A DNA stretch of 64,000 nucleotides, taken from contig CAVZMH010000017.1 in NCBI GenBank assembly GCA_963776345.1, forward strand, positions 64,001 through 128,000, written 5' to 3'. Made by a program: the position numbers and the translations under genes. The DNA is from an uncultured delta proteobacterium (lineage in GTDB: Bacteria > Myxococcota > Myxococcia > Myxococcales > Myxococcaceae). Positions 11,852 to 20,897 of the stretch are shown one piece after another. The notes under the pieces are model-generated. The model searched no databases, was not told the DNA's origin, and worked only from the letters and a program-made list of their open reading frames with translations. Each line of letters begins with the position of its first letter. Position 1 is the first letter of the stretch.

Positions 11852-12242
11852 CCCACGCGCGGATGGTGCATTCGTACCGCGCAACCCGGCTCGGCTGACT
11901 GCGTCCAGGGGGGACGGTAGGGCATCGGACCGGGCCTCGGTCGAGGCGACGGGACCGACACCTCCCTCGCCGCCTCGCCCCATCCGATGCCCGCCGATCG
12001 CCCGTGGTGTCTGCGACAGTGTGCTTCCCCGCTCGCCTGCGGGAGAGCGGGGGTCCTGGCGCCCTCGGCCAGCGCGTCCGTCGCGCGCGGCGCAACACGC
12101 TCCGGGCAATCCGATGCACGGGTGCAACTGCGTGGACGCGCAAGGCCGCGGCTCCACTGGGGGATGCGCCTGGCAGGACCCGTGCAATTGCTGCTGCTCG
12201 TTCCGCCCGACTCCTCGCGGCGGGAACCTGGGAGGTTCTGTC

Positions 12243-12681
12243 ATGCGTCGCACGATCCTGTTCGCATTCTTCCTTCTCGCCGCCTGTGGCGGCGGAGTTC
12301 GCAGCACCACCGATGCGGTGAAGCCGTCCGCCGACCTCAGGGCAGAAGCGTCAGGGGTTCCTGCTCACGGCCGACGCGCAGACCGTGATCGCCGCTTTCG
12401 CCAAGTCGTCCAGCCAGGACGCGATCGACACCTGCCTGAACGCCTGGGTCGAGGACGTCGGCGGGCCTGCGCTCCCGAACGCGCCCATCGCCAAGCCGGA
12501 AGTCGCCGGGTTCCGCGTGTTCCTGTCCGACTGCCTGGGGGTTGCGGTGCCCGGTGACCTCCGTGCGTCGCCCGCCAACGCGCGCGTGAGCACCATCCAC
12601 GACGTGCGCGCCGCGCCGACCCGGGGGAACTCCGGATCAGCGACGCCCGGTAATTCCCTGCTCGAGTCCAGGTCCCGGTAG
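12243..12681 (+). pseudogene. Small lipoprotein gene split by a frameshift
   Basis: GGAGG RBS then MRRTILFAFFLLAAC (lipobox); a GC3-rich frame resumes at about 12355 (GFLLTADAQTVIAAFAK...) and ends at stop 12681. Confidence 0.55.
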
Positions 12682-12698
12682 CATCGAGGGCCGCTTCC

Positions 12699-14999
12699 AT
12701 GGCGGCCCTCCGCGTTTCATGGCCCTGGGCGCTGGCCCTGGCAACGGCGTCGACGGTGGTGGCGCTGACCGCAGGCCGGCTGCCGGGCCTTCGCAACGCC
12801 GAGGACGCCGCCTACGACCTGCGCCTCACCACCTTCTCGCCGCCGCCCGCGCGGGAGAAGAACCTGATCGTGCTCGGCGTCGACGATGCCACCGTGCAGG
12901 GGCTCCGGGCCAACGAGAGCTACGCGCGAGCCTGGGGCAACTGGCCCTACTCCCGCTCGCTCTGGGCGCGGGTGCTGACCCACCTGGAAGCGATGGGTGC
13001 CCGGGCGGTGGTGCTCGACTTCACCATGGACGAGCAGAGCACCGACCGCGGACAGGACGCGCTCCTCCGCGAGGCCATCGCCCAGCTGCACATCCCGGTC
13101 GCGGTCGGCTACGCGGTGAACGTCCCCTCCCAGAACGGCGAGCCGCTCCCCCGGGTGACCCCGCAGAACTGGACGGTGCAGCACCGGGCGCCCCGCGCGC
13201 GGATGAAGCCCTCCGCCGACGACCCGTTCGCTCCTCCCGAGGGAACCGAGGCGCCGGCAACGCCGGAGCTGGTGGCGAGCGTGCTGTCCTTTCCGGTGCG
13301 CTCGGAACGACCGCTCCCCGACCTTTCGGTGGACCTGCCGGGCGCGCCGAGGACCATGCGCCATCCCGTGCCCCCGGTGGCCCCGCTGCTCGACGTGGTC
13401 CCGGCGCTGGGACTGGTCTATCCGGAGCCGGACGCGGACGGGAAGCTGCGCCGGACCCGCTTCGCGTACACCGACGGGACCAACCAGTACGTCACGCTCT
13501 CGGTGGCGATCGCCGCGGACCTGCTCGAGGCGGACGCGCTGGTCCTCTCCCCGGGGAGGCTGCAGCTCGGCGCCCGCACCCTGGCCATCGACGACGACGG
13601 GAGCGCCGCGCTCGACTACCAGGGCACGCTCCAGCAGCGCTTCGACGCTCGCAGCCTCATCGCGGTGGTGGACGACTCGGTCCGACGCGAGCACGGCGCG
13701 GCGCCACACCTCGGACCGGAGTTCTTCCGCGGCAAGGTCGTCCTCGTCGCCGGCTTCGCGGTGGGCACCTTCGACATGAAGGCCACGCCGTTCGACAACG
13801 CCACCGTGGGCGTGGTGAAGCCCGCCACCGAGCTGGCCGCGCTCCTCGGCGGCCGGTTCATCACCCGCGCTCCGGGGGCGGTGACCGCGCTGCTCGCGCT
13901 CCTCTTCGCGCTCGGCTCGGCGCTGCTCATCCTCGGCGCGCGGAACGTCTGGGTGGAGGGCCTCTGGCCGCTCGCCGCGCCGGTGCTCCTGTTCGTCGGC
14001 ACGGGGTGGCTCCTGGTCCTGGCAAAGACGCACCTGGCGCTGGTGGTCCCGGCGCTGGCGGTCTCCATCGCCAACCTGGCCGCGGTGGCGGTGAACCACC
14101 TCTTCGCCGACCGGGAGCGCGCCCGGGTGAAGGCGATGTTCAGCCGGTACCTGTCGCCCCAGGTGGTGGAGCAGCTGGTCGCCCAGCCGGAGCTGCCGCG
14201 GCTCGCCGGGGAGCAGCTCGAGGTCACCGCCTTCTTCTCCGACATCAAGGGCTTCAGCACCTTCAGCGAGCGCTTCGCCCAGGACCCCCAGGGGCTGGTC
14301 CGGGTGCTGAACACGTACCTCACGCGGGTGAGCGGGGTGCTGCTCCAGCACGGGGCCTGCCTCGACAAGTACATCGGCGACGCCGTGGTCTGCATCTTCG
14401 GGGCGCCGCTCCGGATGGACGACCACGCGGTCCGGGCCTGCGCCGCGGCGCTCGACGTCCAGGCCGAGGTGGAACGGATCCGCGCCGAGTTCGCCGCCCA
14501 GGGGCTCCCGGACGTCTACACCCGGGTGGGGCTGAACACGGCGGTGATGTTCGTCGGCAACTTCGGGAGCGAGCAGCTCTTCAACTACACCGCGATGGGC
14601 GACGGGATGAACCTCGCCTCGCGGCTCGAGGGGGCGAACAAGCCGTACGGCTCGCGCATCCTCGTCGGCCCGCGGACCCAGGGGCTGGTGTCGCACGCCT
14701 TCGAGACCCGGGAGCTGGACCGGGTGCGGGTGGCCGGCAAGCACGAGGCGGTCGCCATCCACGAGCTGCTCTGCCGCAAGGGCGAGCTCTCACCCCGGAA
14801 GCAGGAGGTCTGCGTGCTGTACGCCGAGGGGCTGGCCCTGTGGCGGACCGCCCGGTTCTCCGAGGCGCGCGCCCTCTTCGCCCAGGCGGTCGCGGTGGAC
14901 CCGGACGACGCGCCTTCCCGAGCCCTGCTGGCGCGGTGCGACAGGCACGCGGCGTCGCCCCCTGCCGCTTTCGATGGAGTCGTCGACCTGGACAAGTAG
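12699..14999 (+). CDS. CHASE2-domain class III adenylate/guanylate cyclase with TPR-like tail
   Basis: WPYSRS, DADGKLRR and F.GKVVLV (CHASE2); three TM helices; FFSDIKGFS, DKYIGDAV, YTAMGDGMNLASRLEG. Confidence 0.92.
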   Translation: MAALRVSWPWALALATASTVVALTAGRLPGLRNAEDAAYDLRLTTFSPPPAREKNLIVLGVDDATVQGLRANESYARAWGNWPYSRSLWARVLTHLEAMGARAVVLDFTMDEQSTDRGQDALLREAIAQLHIPVAVGYAVNVPSQNGEPLPRVTPQNWTVQHRAPRARMKPSADDPFAPPEGTEAPATPELVASVLSFPVRSERPLPDLSVDLPGAPRTMRHPVPPVAPLLDVVPALGLVYPEPDADGKLRRTRFAYTDGTNQYVTLSVAIAADLLEADALVLSPGRLQLGARTLAIDDDGSAALDYQGTLQQRFDARSLIAVVDDSVRREHGAAPHLGPEFFRGKVVLVAGFAVGTFDMKATPFDNATVGVVKPATELAALLGGRFITRAPGAVTALLALLFALGSALLILGARNVWVEGLWPLAAPVLLFVGTGWLLVLAKTHLALVVPALAVSIANLAAVAVNHLFADRERARVKAMFSRYLSPQVVEQLVAQPELPRLAGEQLEVTAFFSDIKGFSTFSERFAQDPQGLVRVLNTYLTRVSGVLLQHGACLDKYIGDAVVCIFGAPLRMDDHAVRACAAALDVQAEVERIRAEFAAQGLPDVYTRVGLNTAVMFVGNFGSEQLFNYTAMGDGMNLASRLEGANKPYGSRILVGPRTQGLVSHAFETRELDRVRVAGKHEAVAIHELLCRKGELSPRKQEVCVLYAEGLALWRTARFSEARALFAQAVAVDPDDAPSRALLARCDRHAASPPAAFDGVVDLDK

Positions 15000-15026
15000 A
15001 CTCTCGCGCTCCTGGAGGGCTTTCCG

Positions 15027-15551
15027 ATGCGACAGGCAGCAACGGTGCTCGCGTTCGTCCTGGTGGCGGGCGCGGCATGGGCGCTCGCCCCGGGAGACCG
15101 GGTCTTCGTCCGTGGGCGCGACGTGGCCGTGCTCCAGAGCGCCGCGGCCAATGCGCCGACCCTGGCCAAGCTCCAGCCCGGCGACGCCGTGGTGTGGCGC
15201 GGGGCGGACAAGAAGAAGCCGACCTGGCACCGGGTGGAGGCCAGGGGGAAGAGCGGGTTCGTCTACTTCGCGAACCTCTCGGTGACCCCGCCGGCCTCCG
15301 AGCTGCTCGCCTCGCCGGAGGGAGCGAAGAAGGTGGATGCCCAGGCCTTCGCCAGCTCCGGCGCGGCGGGCAAGGCGCTCACCGACGGCGCCATCCGCTA
15401 CGGCAGCCAGGACGAGAAGAACAGGGGCGAGCTCCGGCCCACGATGAAGGAGGCAGTCCGGCAGACCCAGACGCTGGAGGCCATCGCCGCGCAGCGGACC
15501 GACGACGAGCTCGCCGCGCACGCGGCGAAGGTCGCGGGAGAGCAGCAGTGA
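15027..15551 (+). CDS. Secreted SH3b-like domain protein
   Basis: Signal peptide (AWA); LAKLQPGDAVVW...WHRVEARGKSGFVY. Confidence 0.75.
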   Translation: MRQAATVLAFVLVAGAAWALAPGDRVFVRGRDVAVLQSAAANAPTLAKLQPGDAVVWRGADKKKPTWHRVEARGKSGFVYFANLSVTPPASELLASPEGAKKVDAQAFASSGAAGKALTDGAIRYGSQDEKNRGELRPTMKEAVRQTQTLEAIAAQRTDDELAAHAAKVAGEQQ

Positions 15552-16630
15552 GGCGCCTGCTCCTCTCGCTCGGCGCCCTGGCCCTGGTGGCGTGCAGCGC
15601 CGCCGCGGGCATCATGAGGGGCGACACCAGCTCCATCGTCAGCGGGCTCGCCGACTCGACGACCACCGTCGTGGGCCTGACCCAGGACCTCTCCAAGTGC
15701 GACCAGATTGGCGCGGCCGACGTCCCCTTCGACGAGGAGCGGACCATCGGAGGCGCTGTGGCGCTCAACTGGGTCCAGCAGGGTGGCGGGCTCCTGGTGG
15801 ACGTGCCCACCGGGGACACCGGCGCGCTCGCCGACCCGAAGAAGCTCCCCGTCCAGGAGACGCCCCACAACCAGCTCGCGCGCTACCTGAACGTGGTGGG
15901 GAAGAACCTCGCCGCGCGCTCCACGCGGCCCACCCTCCAGTGGACGTTCGGGGTGCTGGACTCCGAGGTGGTGAACGCCATCTCGGCGCCGGGCGGCTAC
16001 GTCTTCGTCACCCGGGGTCTGCTGCGCCGGGTGAACAACGAGGCGGCGCTGGCGGGCATCCTCTCGCACGAGATCGCCCACGTGACGCGCAAGGACGCCT
16101 TCGCCATCTACCAGAAGACCAAGGTCGACCAGTGCAAGAGCCTGGCGTACGCCAAGGCCGGGCAGAACGAGGGCGCCGCGGTGCTGCGGAGCTACTCCCC
16201 GGCGTTCATCAACCAGGCGTACTCCGCGCTCCAGGCGTTCAGCGGGGGGCGGCTGGACCTGAACGCCGCCGCCAACTCGGCGCTGCTGACGCTGTTCAGC
16301 GACGAGTTCGTCCACCGCTACCTCGAGGGTGGCTATGCGCGCGACCAGGAGATCCAGGCGGACGCGACGGGGCTCGAGCTCGCCGTGGTCTCCGGGTACA
16401 GCCCGCGGGGGTTCGTGGACTTCGTCGGCGCGCTCCCTCCGGGCCCGAACTTTTTCGCCCACCACCCGCCTCCGAGCGACCGGGTCGCGTCGATGAGGCT
16501 GCTCCTGGGAAAGGCGCGGCTCTCGAGCGCGACCTCCGGCACGGCGAGCACGCCGTTCTCGCCGTTCAGCCAGGACCTCGGGCAGCTGCCGGTGGTGCCG
16601 CTGAAGGATGAGCTGGCCGCGGCGCGCTGA
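15548..16630 (+). CDS. Peptidase M48 lipoprotein
   Basis: Lipobox LVAC; VNAISAPGGYVFVTRGLL, LSHEIAH, QEIQAD, HHPPPSDR; GTGA overlap with the SH3 gene. Confidence 0.88.
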   Translation: MRRLLLSLGALALVACSAAAGIMRGDTSSIVSGLADSTTTVVGLTQDLSKCDQIGAADVPFDEERTIGGAVALNWVQQGGGLLVDVPTGDTGALADPKKLPVQETPHNQLARYLNVVGKNLAARSTRPTLQWTFGVLDSEVVNAISAPGGYVFVTRGLLRRVNNEAALAGILSHEIAHVTRKDAFAIYQKTKVDQCKSLAYAKAGQNEGAAVLRSYSPAFINQAYSALQAFSGGRLDLNAAANSALLTLFSDEFVHRYLEGGYARDQEIQADATGLELAVVSGYSPRGFVDFVGALPPGPNFFAHHPPPSDRVASMRLLLGKARLSSATSGTASTPFSPFSQDLGQLPVVPLKDELAAAR

Positions 16631-16720
16631 CGCCCTCCGGGAAGCGGCAGCCGGTCCTCGGGCCCGATGGACGCTTCGAGCAGGACCCCCAGCAGGCGAG
16701 TCGCCATGCGCCCGCCCCCA

Positions 16721-16740
16721 GAGGTGTCAGACACCTCGTG
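16721..16740. repeat. REP-like palindrome
   Basis: GAGGTGTcagACACCTCGTG between convergent genes. Confidence 0.65.
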
Positions 16741-16884
16741 GTGAGGACACGACGGAGGTGACCCGGGACGGGCGTCTCCGGCTGAGCAGGCGAGCAGACG
16801 AGCGCCCCTCCGCTTATGACGTCCTGCGTCAGCGGTGGAGAGCCCGGGCCCGGTGCGAGCGGCGTGGCTGCGTCCGCCCTCCGC

Positions 16885-18147
16885 TCAGCGGCGCGCGGCC
16901 TCGGTGAGCGCGCGGTGCACCGACTCGAGCGCCTTCCGGGCCTCGAGCAGCTCGGCGCGCTCGGCGGTGAGGTCCGCCACCTGGCGGGCCAGGGTGTCGC
17001 GCTCGGCGCTCAGCACCTCGACGCTGCGCCGGAGCTGGGCCGTGTCGTCGCGGAAGCGCTCCAGCTCTCCGGCGAGACGCTCCTCCTCGGAGAGGCTGTC
17101 GGCCAGGTCGGCGTCCTTCTTCGCCAGGAGCCCGGACAGCCGCTCTCGCTCCTCGCGCTCGGCGGCCGCCTGCGCCCGCGCGTCCTGGACCGCGAGCAGC
17201 GCCTCGTCGCGCTCACCCTCCACCGACTGCAGCTCGCGCTCGAGCTCCGAGAGGAGACCGGCGCGCTCGACCATCTGGGCGGCGAGCCGGCGGGCCTCCT
17301 CGACCCGGCCGCGGGCCTCCTCGGTGGCGCGCTCGGCGGCACGCCGGGCGACGTCCAGGTCGTGCTGGAGCGCGGCGTTGTGCTGCTTCACCGCGGTCAG
17401 CTCGGTCTGGAGCTGGGCGATGCGCTCGACCGCGAGCACGCCGGCGGCGGCCACGCTGGTGGGCAGCGGCTCGGGGCGCGGATGCTCGCGCACGGTCCGG
17501 AGCCGCTCGCGGAGCCGCTCCCGGCGGGCGACGGTGTCGTCCGGAGCGGGCGCGGGGTCCGCCCCGGCGCGCCGGGACACGGGCTGGCCGACCGCGGGCG
17601 GCGAGACCGGTGCGACGAGCGTCTCGGAGCGGCCCGGCGCCGCGGGAGCACGGCTGCCGGCAGCCGCGGCTGGAACCGGTGAGGTGGCGCGCGAGGGCGC
17701 GCGGGCCGACGGAGCAGAAGGCGGCGAGGACACGGCGGCAGCGCGCGACGCCGGACGCGACTCGGGCCCTGGCGCGCGACCAGCGCCAGGTCCCGGGCCG
17801 GACACCACCGTCGAGCCTGCGGGCATCGACCCGTGCGCGGTGGCGCCGCGCGAACGCGTCCCGACCGCCACGGTGACCCGCTCCTCCTCCAGGGCGCCCT
17901 CGGCCGCGGCCGCCTCGCGCAGCGTCGCCTCCACCCGGCTCCGGGTCGAGAGCTCCTCGGCTGCCTCGCCCGCGGTGGGCGCCTCCAGCTCGGCCGCGCC
18001 CTGCTGCCCCGCCACCTGGGCCGCGACCTCGTAGACCCAGGCCTCCTCGGCGGAGCGCGCCTCGGTGGCCGCCGGCTCGGGCGGAGAACCGCCGAGCTTG
18101 AGCCTCGGCTTGGCGCGGGACACGTTCTGGTCGAAGGCTTTCTTCAT
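16885..18147 (-). CDS. pomX: PomX cell-division positioning protein
   Basis: N-terminus MKKAFDQNVSRAKPRL resembles the PomX N-terminal peptide; Pro/Ala-rich linker; C-terminal coiled coil; follows pomZ. Confidence 0.88.
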   Translation of the reverse strand: MKKAFDQNVSRAKPRLKLGGSPPEPAATEARSAEEAWVYEVAAQVAGQQGAAELEAPTAGEAAEELSTRSRVEATLREAAAAEGALEEERVTVAVGTRSRGATAHGSMPAGSTVVSGPGPGAGRAPGPESRPASRAAAVSSPPSAPSARAPSRATSPVPAAAAGSRAPAAPGRSETLVAPVSPPAVGQPVSRRAGADPAPAPDDTVARRERLRERLRTVREHPRPEPLPTSVAAAGVLAVERIAQLQTELTAVKQHNAALQHDLDVARRAAERATEEARGRVEEARRLAAQMVERAGLLSELERELQSVEGERDEALLAVQDARAQAAAEREERERLSGLLAKKDADLADSLSEEERLAGELERFRDDTAQLRRSVEVLSAERDTLARQVADLTAERAELLEARKALESVHRALTEAARR

Positions 18148-18156
18148 CCGGTCTCC

Positions 18157-19110
18157 CTACCCCGCGCGCGCGTCGGTCGCGGCGCGTGCCCGTGACTGCT
18201 CCAGCCGGTGCAGCACTTCCCTCAGGAACGCATCCACGTCGTGAGCACCCTTCGAGTCCCGTTGGGCGATGAACACCGGCACACCCTCGCTGGAGGCCTG
18301 GGCGAACTTGGTGCACTGCCGCACGAGCGTGGTCAGGAGGTATTCCGGGTAGTGCTCGCGCAGGGCGGCCAGGGCCTCCTTGGCCAGCTTGAAGGTCTGG
18401 TTGTACGCGTTGACCACGATGAACACGTGGTCGAGCACGTGGTTCAGGTCCTCCTCGAGGCTCTGCACCGTCTCGAAGAGCAGCTTCAGCCCGTGGAAGG
18501 AGAGGAAGTCCGGCAGCACCGGGACAATCAGGTCCTGCGCCGCCATCAGCGCGTTCAGGTTCAGGAGCCCGAACGACGGCGGCGCGTCGAAGACCACCAC
18601 GTCGTAGCGGTCCTGGATCTCCTCCACCGCCTTGCGCAGCTTGAACTCCCGGCCGGCCATCGGCATGAGCGCCAGGTCCACCGTGCTCATCCCCAGGTTG
18701 CTGGGCACGAAGTCCAGGTTGGGGAGCGGGGTGTGCTGGATGGCCTCGGAGAGCGGCACCTTGCGGACCAGCACGTGGAGCAGCGTCTTCTCGAAGTCCT
18801 CGCCCTCGTAGCCCAGGCACTTGGTGGCGTGGCCCTGGCTGTCGAGGTCCACGAGGAGCACGGAGTAGCCGAGCTCGGCCAGCCGGTAGGCGTAGGAGGT
18901 GGACAGCGAGGTCTTTCCCGTGCCGCCCTTGAAGTTCAGGAAGAGCTGCTTCCGCCGTCCCAGCGGAGGCGGGTAGAGGCGCAGCGCCTTGCGGAGCGCC
19001 CACAGGTCCTGCCCCGAGTAGCTCTCCTGCTCCAGCGCGGAGCGGAGCGACTTGGGCGAGATGCCGAGCAGCTCGGCGGTCGTCTTGGGGGTGTAGATGG
19101 GTAGCTCCAT
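18157..19110 (-). CDS. pomZ: PomZ ParA/MinD-family ATPase
   Basis: LFLNFKGGTGKTSLSTSYA, DLDSQGHATKCLGYEGEDFEKT, IRQCTKFAQASSEG-type C-terminal motif (here VRQCTK). Confidence 0.93.
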   Translation of the reverse strand: MELPIYTPKTTAELLGISPKSLRSALEQESYSGQDLWALRKALRLYPPPLGRRKQLFLNFKGGTGKTSLSTSYAYRLAELGYSVLLVDLDSQGHATKCLGYEGEDFEKTLLHVLVRKVPLSEAIQHTPLPNLDFVPSNLGMSTVDLALMPMAGREFKLRKAVEEIQDRYDVVVFDAPPSFGLLNLNALMAAQDLIVPVLPDFLSFHGLKLLFETVQSLEEDLNHVLDHVFIVVNAYNQTFKLAKEALAALREHYPEYLLTTLVRQCTKFAQASSEGVPVFIAQRDSKGAHDVDAFLREVLHRLEQSRARAATDARAG

Positions 19111-19130
19111 CCGGTCAGTCCTCGTGCTCG

Positions 19131-20834
19131 TCAAGCGACGAACAGCTTCGCCCCGCGGCGGACCACCTGCCCGCGCGCCGTGAGAAGTGCAGCTGCCTCG
19201 ATCACCCGCTCGTCCGTTACGCCCAGCTGCGCTGCCAGGTCCACCACCGTCCGCCCGCGCATCGAGGTGCGGAGCTCGGAGGCGATCTGCAGGCAGAGGG
19301 CCTCGTCGGCGTGCAGGCCCGCCCCGTGCTCGCGGCCCGGAGGCGGCAACCTCACCTCGATGCGGGCCGGCAAGGGAGGAGCCTCGGGCACGTGGGCGGC
19401 GACGAGCGCCATCTCCACCGCCTCCGACTCCACGCCGGGCGGAGCCTCGGGCGCCGCCTCCCAGCCGTCCGTGACCTCGGGCATCGGATCGCGCCGAGGA
19501 GCGGGAGCGGTCAGCGGCCGCACCCGGTGGGACAGGGGCACCGGCGCGAGCGTGGCCAGACGCCGGACCTCGCGCCGTCGCTCCTCGTCGGAGAGCGTGG
19601 CCACGTGGCTGACGTCGACGCCCAGGAGTCCCGAGAGGCTCCGCGCCGCCGCGCGCCGGACGCCGAGGTCCGGATCCTCCAGCGCCCCGAGCAGACGCGG
19701 GCGGGCCTGCTCGCCCCCGGCCGCGCCCGCCGCGAGGACGGCCAGGCGTCGGACCTCGGGATCGGGATCCCGCGCCACGTGCCGCTCGAGCTCGAGCATC
19801 CGTTCCGGGCCGAGCGAGACGGCCAGCAGCGCCGTGCGGCGGCGGACCGAGGCGTCCGGGTCGTGCGCGGCGCGGGCCAGGTGCGCGGGTGCCGCGTCCG
19901 GATCGAGGTGGGTGATGGCCCGGAGCGCCGCGATCCGCACCGCCGCCTCGGGAGCGCCGAGCAGCGGCTCGACGACCGCGGCGCCCTCGCGGGTGGCGAG
20001 CGCGCGGAAGGCCTCCAGCAGCGCGACCAGCACCGTGTCTTCGCGCTCGGCGTGGAGCGCCACCGCCAGGGCCGGGGCCGAGGCGCGATCTCCGAGCGTG
20101 CGCAGACGCTCGGCGGCGCGGCAGCGGGCGGAGGGGTCCGGGCTGGACAGCTCGCGGATGGAGAAGCCGAAGAGGCTCTCCTCGCCCAGGCGGGGACTCG
20201 GCGGCACGGCAAGACGGCCCTGCTCGAACAGACGCTCCGCCTCGCGCGTCACCGCGAGCACCGCGGCCCGGGCGCTGGCGGGCGCGGAGACCGGCTCCGG
20301 CACCGGAGGGCCGCGGAGCGGCTCGCGTGGGAGGTCACCCGTCCCGACGCTGGCCGGCGACGGCCTCGGCGAGGTCGGCACCCCGGCCGGCGTGGAGAGC
20401 GCGACCAGCGGCCCGGAGCGGGTGTCCGTCGGGGGCGCCTCGAACGCCGGGCCCCGGAGCGCCAGCGCCTCCGCCCGGAGATCGGCGATGAACCCGGCGA
20501 GGTCGAAGTCCAGCGCCGTGTCGGAAGGGCCCTGGATGCGGGCGGCCTCCAGCACCTTGCCCATCAGCCCGGCGCGCTCGGCCCGCATCGCCTCGAGCAC
20601 CCGGGCAGCCTCCTCGCGCTCGCGGTGGGCCCGCCCGAGCTCCACCTCTAGCTCGGCCACGCGGCGGCGCAGCTCCACCTCGCGGTGGGAGGCGGCGGCG
20701 AGATTGGCACGCAGGGCATCGGCCTCCGCCCGGAGGGTCGCCGCATCCGCCTGGAGCGTCTCCGAGCGTGCCTCGAAATAGACAATCTTCTCGAGGGCAC
20801 TCCGCAGGAGCGCCTCTGCCCGTCCATCGCTCAC
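19131..20834 (-). CDS. pomY: PomY (coiled coil, HEAT repeats, C-terminal winged-helix-like segment)
   Basis: N-terminal ALEKIVYFEAR coiled coil; DPD..VRR HEAT repeats; ends VVRRGAKLFVA; directly upstream of pomZ. Confidence 0.87.
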   Translation of the reverse strand: MSDGRAEALLRSALEKIVYFEARSETLQADAATLRAEADALRANLAAASHREVELRRRVAELEVELGRAHREREEAARVLEAMRAERAGLMGKVLEAARIQGPSDTALDFDLAGFIADLRAEALALRGPAFEAPPTDTRSGPLVALSTPAGVPTSPRPSPASVGTGDLPREPLRGPPVPEPVSAPASARAAVLAVTREAERLFEQGRLAVPPSPRLGEESLFGFSIRELSSPDPSARCRAAERLRTLGDRASAPALAVALHAEREDTVLVALLEAFRALATREGAAVVEPLLGAPEAAVRIAALRAITHLDPDAAPAHLARAAHDPDASVRRRTALLAVSLGPERMLELERHVARDPDPEVRRLAVLAAGAAGGEQARPRLLGALEDPDLGVRRAAARSLSGLLGVDVSHVATLSDEERRREVRRLATLAPVPLSHRVRPLTAPAPRRDPMPEVTDGWEAAPEAPPGVESEAVEMALVAAHVPEAPPLPARIEVRLPPPGREHGAGLHADEALCLQIASELRTSMRGRTVVDLAAQLGVTDERVIEAAALLTARGQVVRRGAKLFVA

Positions 20835-20897
20835 CAGGGCGGGCAGTGTACAGGGCTGATCCGTCGTTGCCAGGTTTGTGACACCCGCGACAGGGCG

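Noticed and set aside
12100..12190. GGGCAATCC…GGACGCGCAAGGCC resembling a c-di-GMP-I (GEMM) riboswitch, plus a TGCACGGGT/ACCCGTGCA inverted repeat
   Set aside because: It lacks the GNRA-capped P2 and the GCAAA/tetraloop-receptor pattern; the resemblance is too weak without a covariance search.
12719..16630. Apparent 1303-aa protein
   Set aside because: Only the last 360 aa (from GTG 15548) are the real M48 lipoprotein; the rest is an off-frame read of the cyclase and SH3 genes.
18157..19110. Plasmid or prophage partitioning ParA
   Set aside because: The sequence and flanking genes identify PomZ; there is no parB, replication or phage gene.
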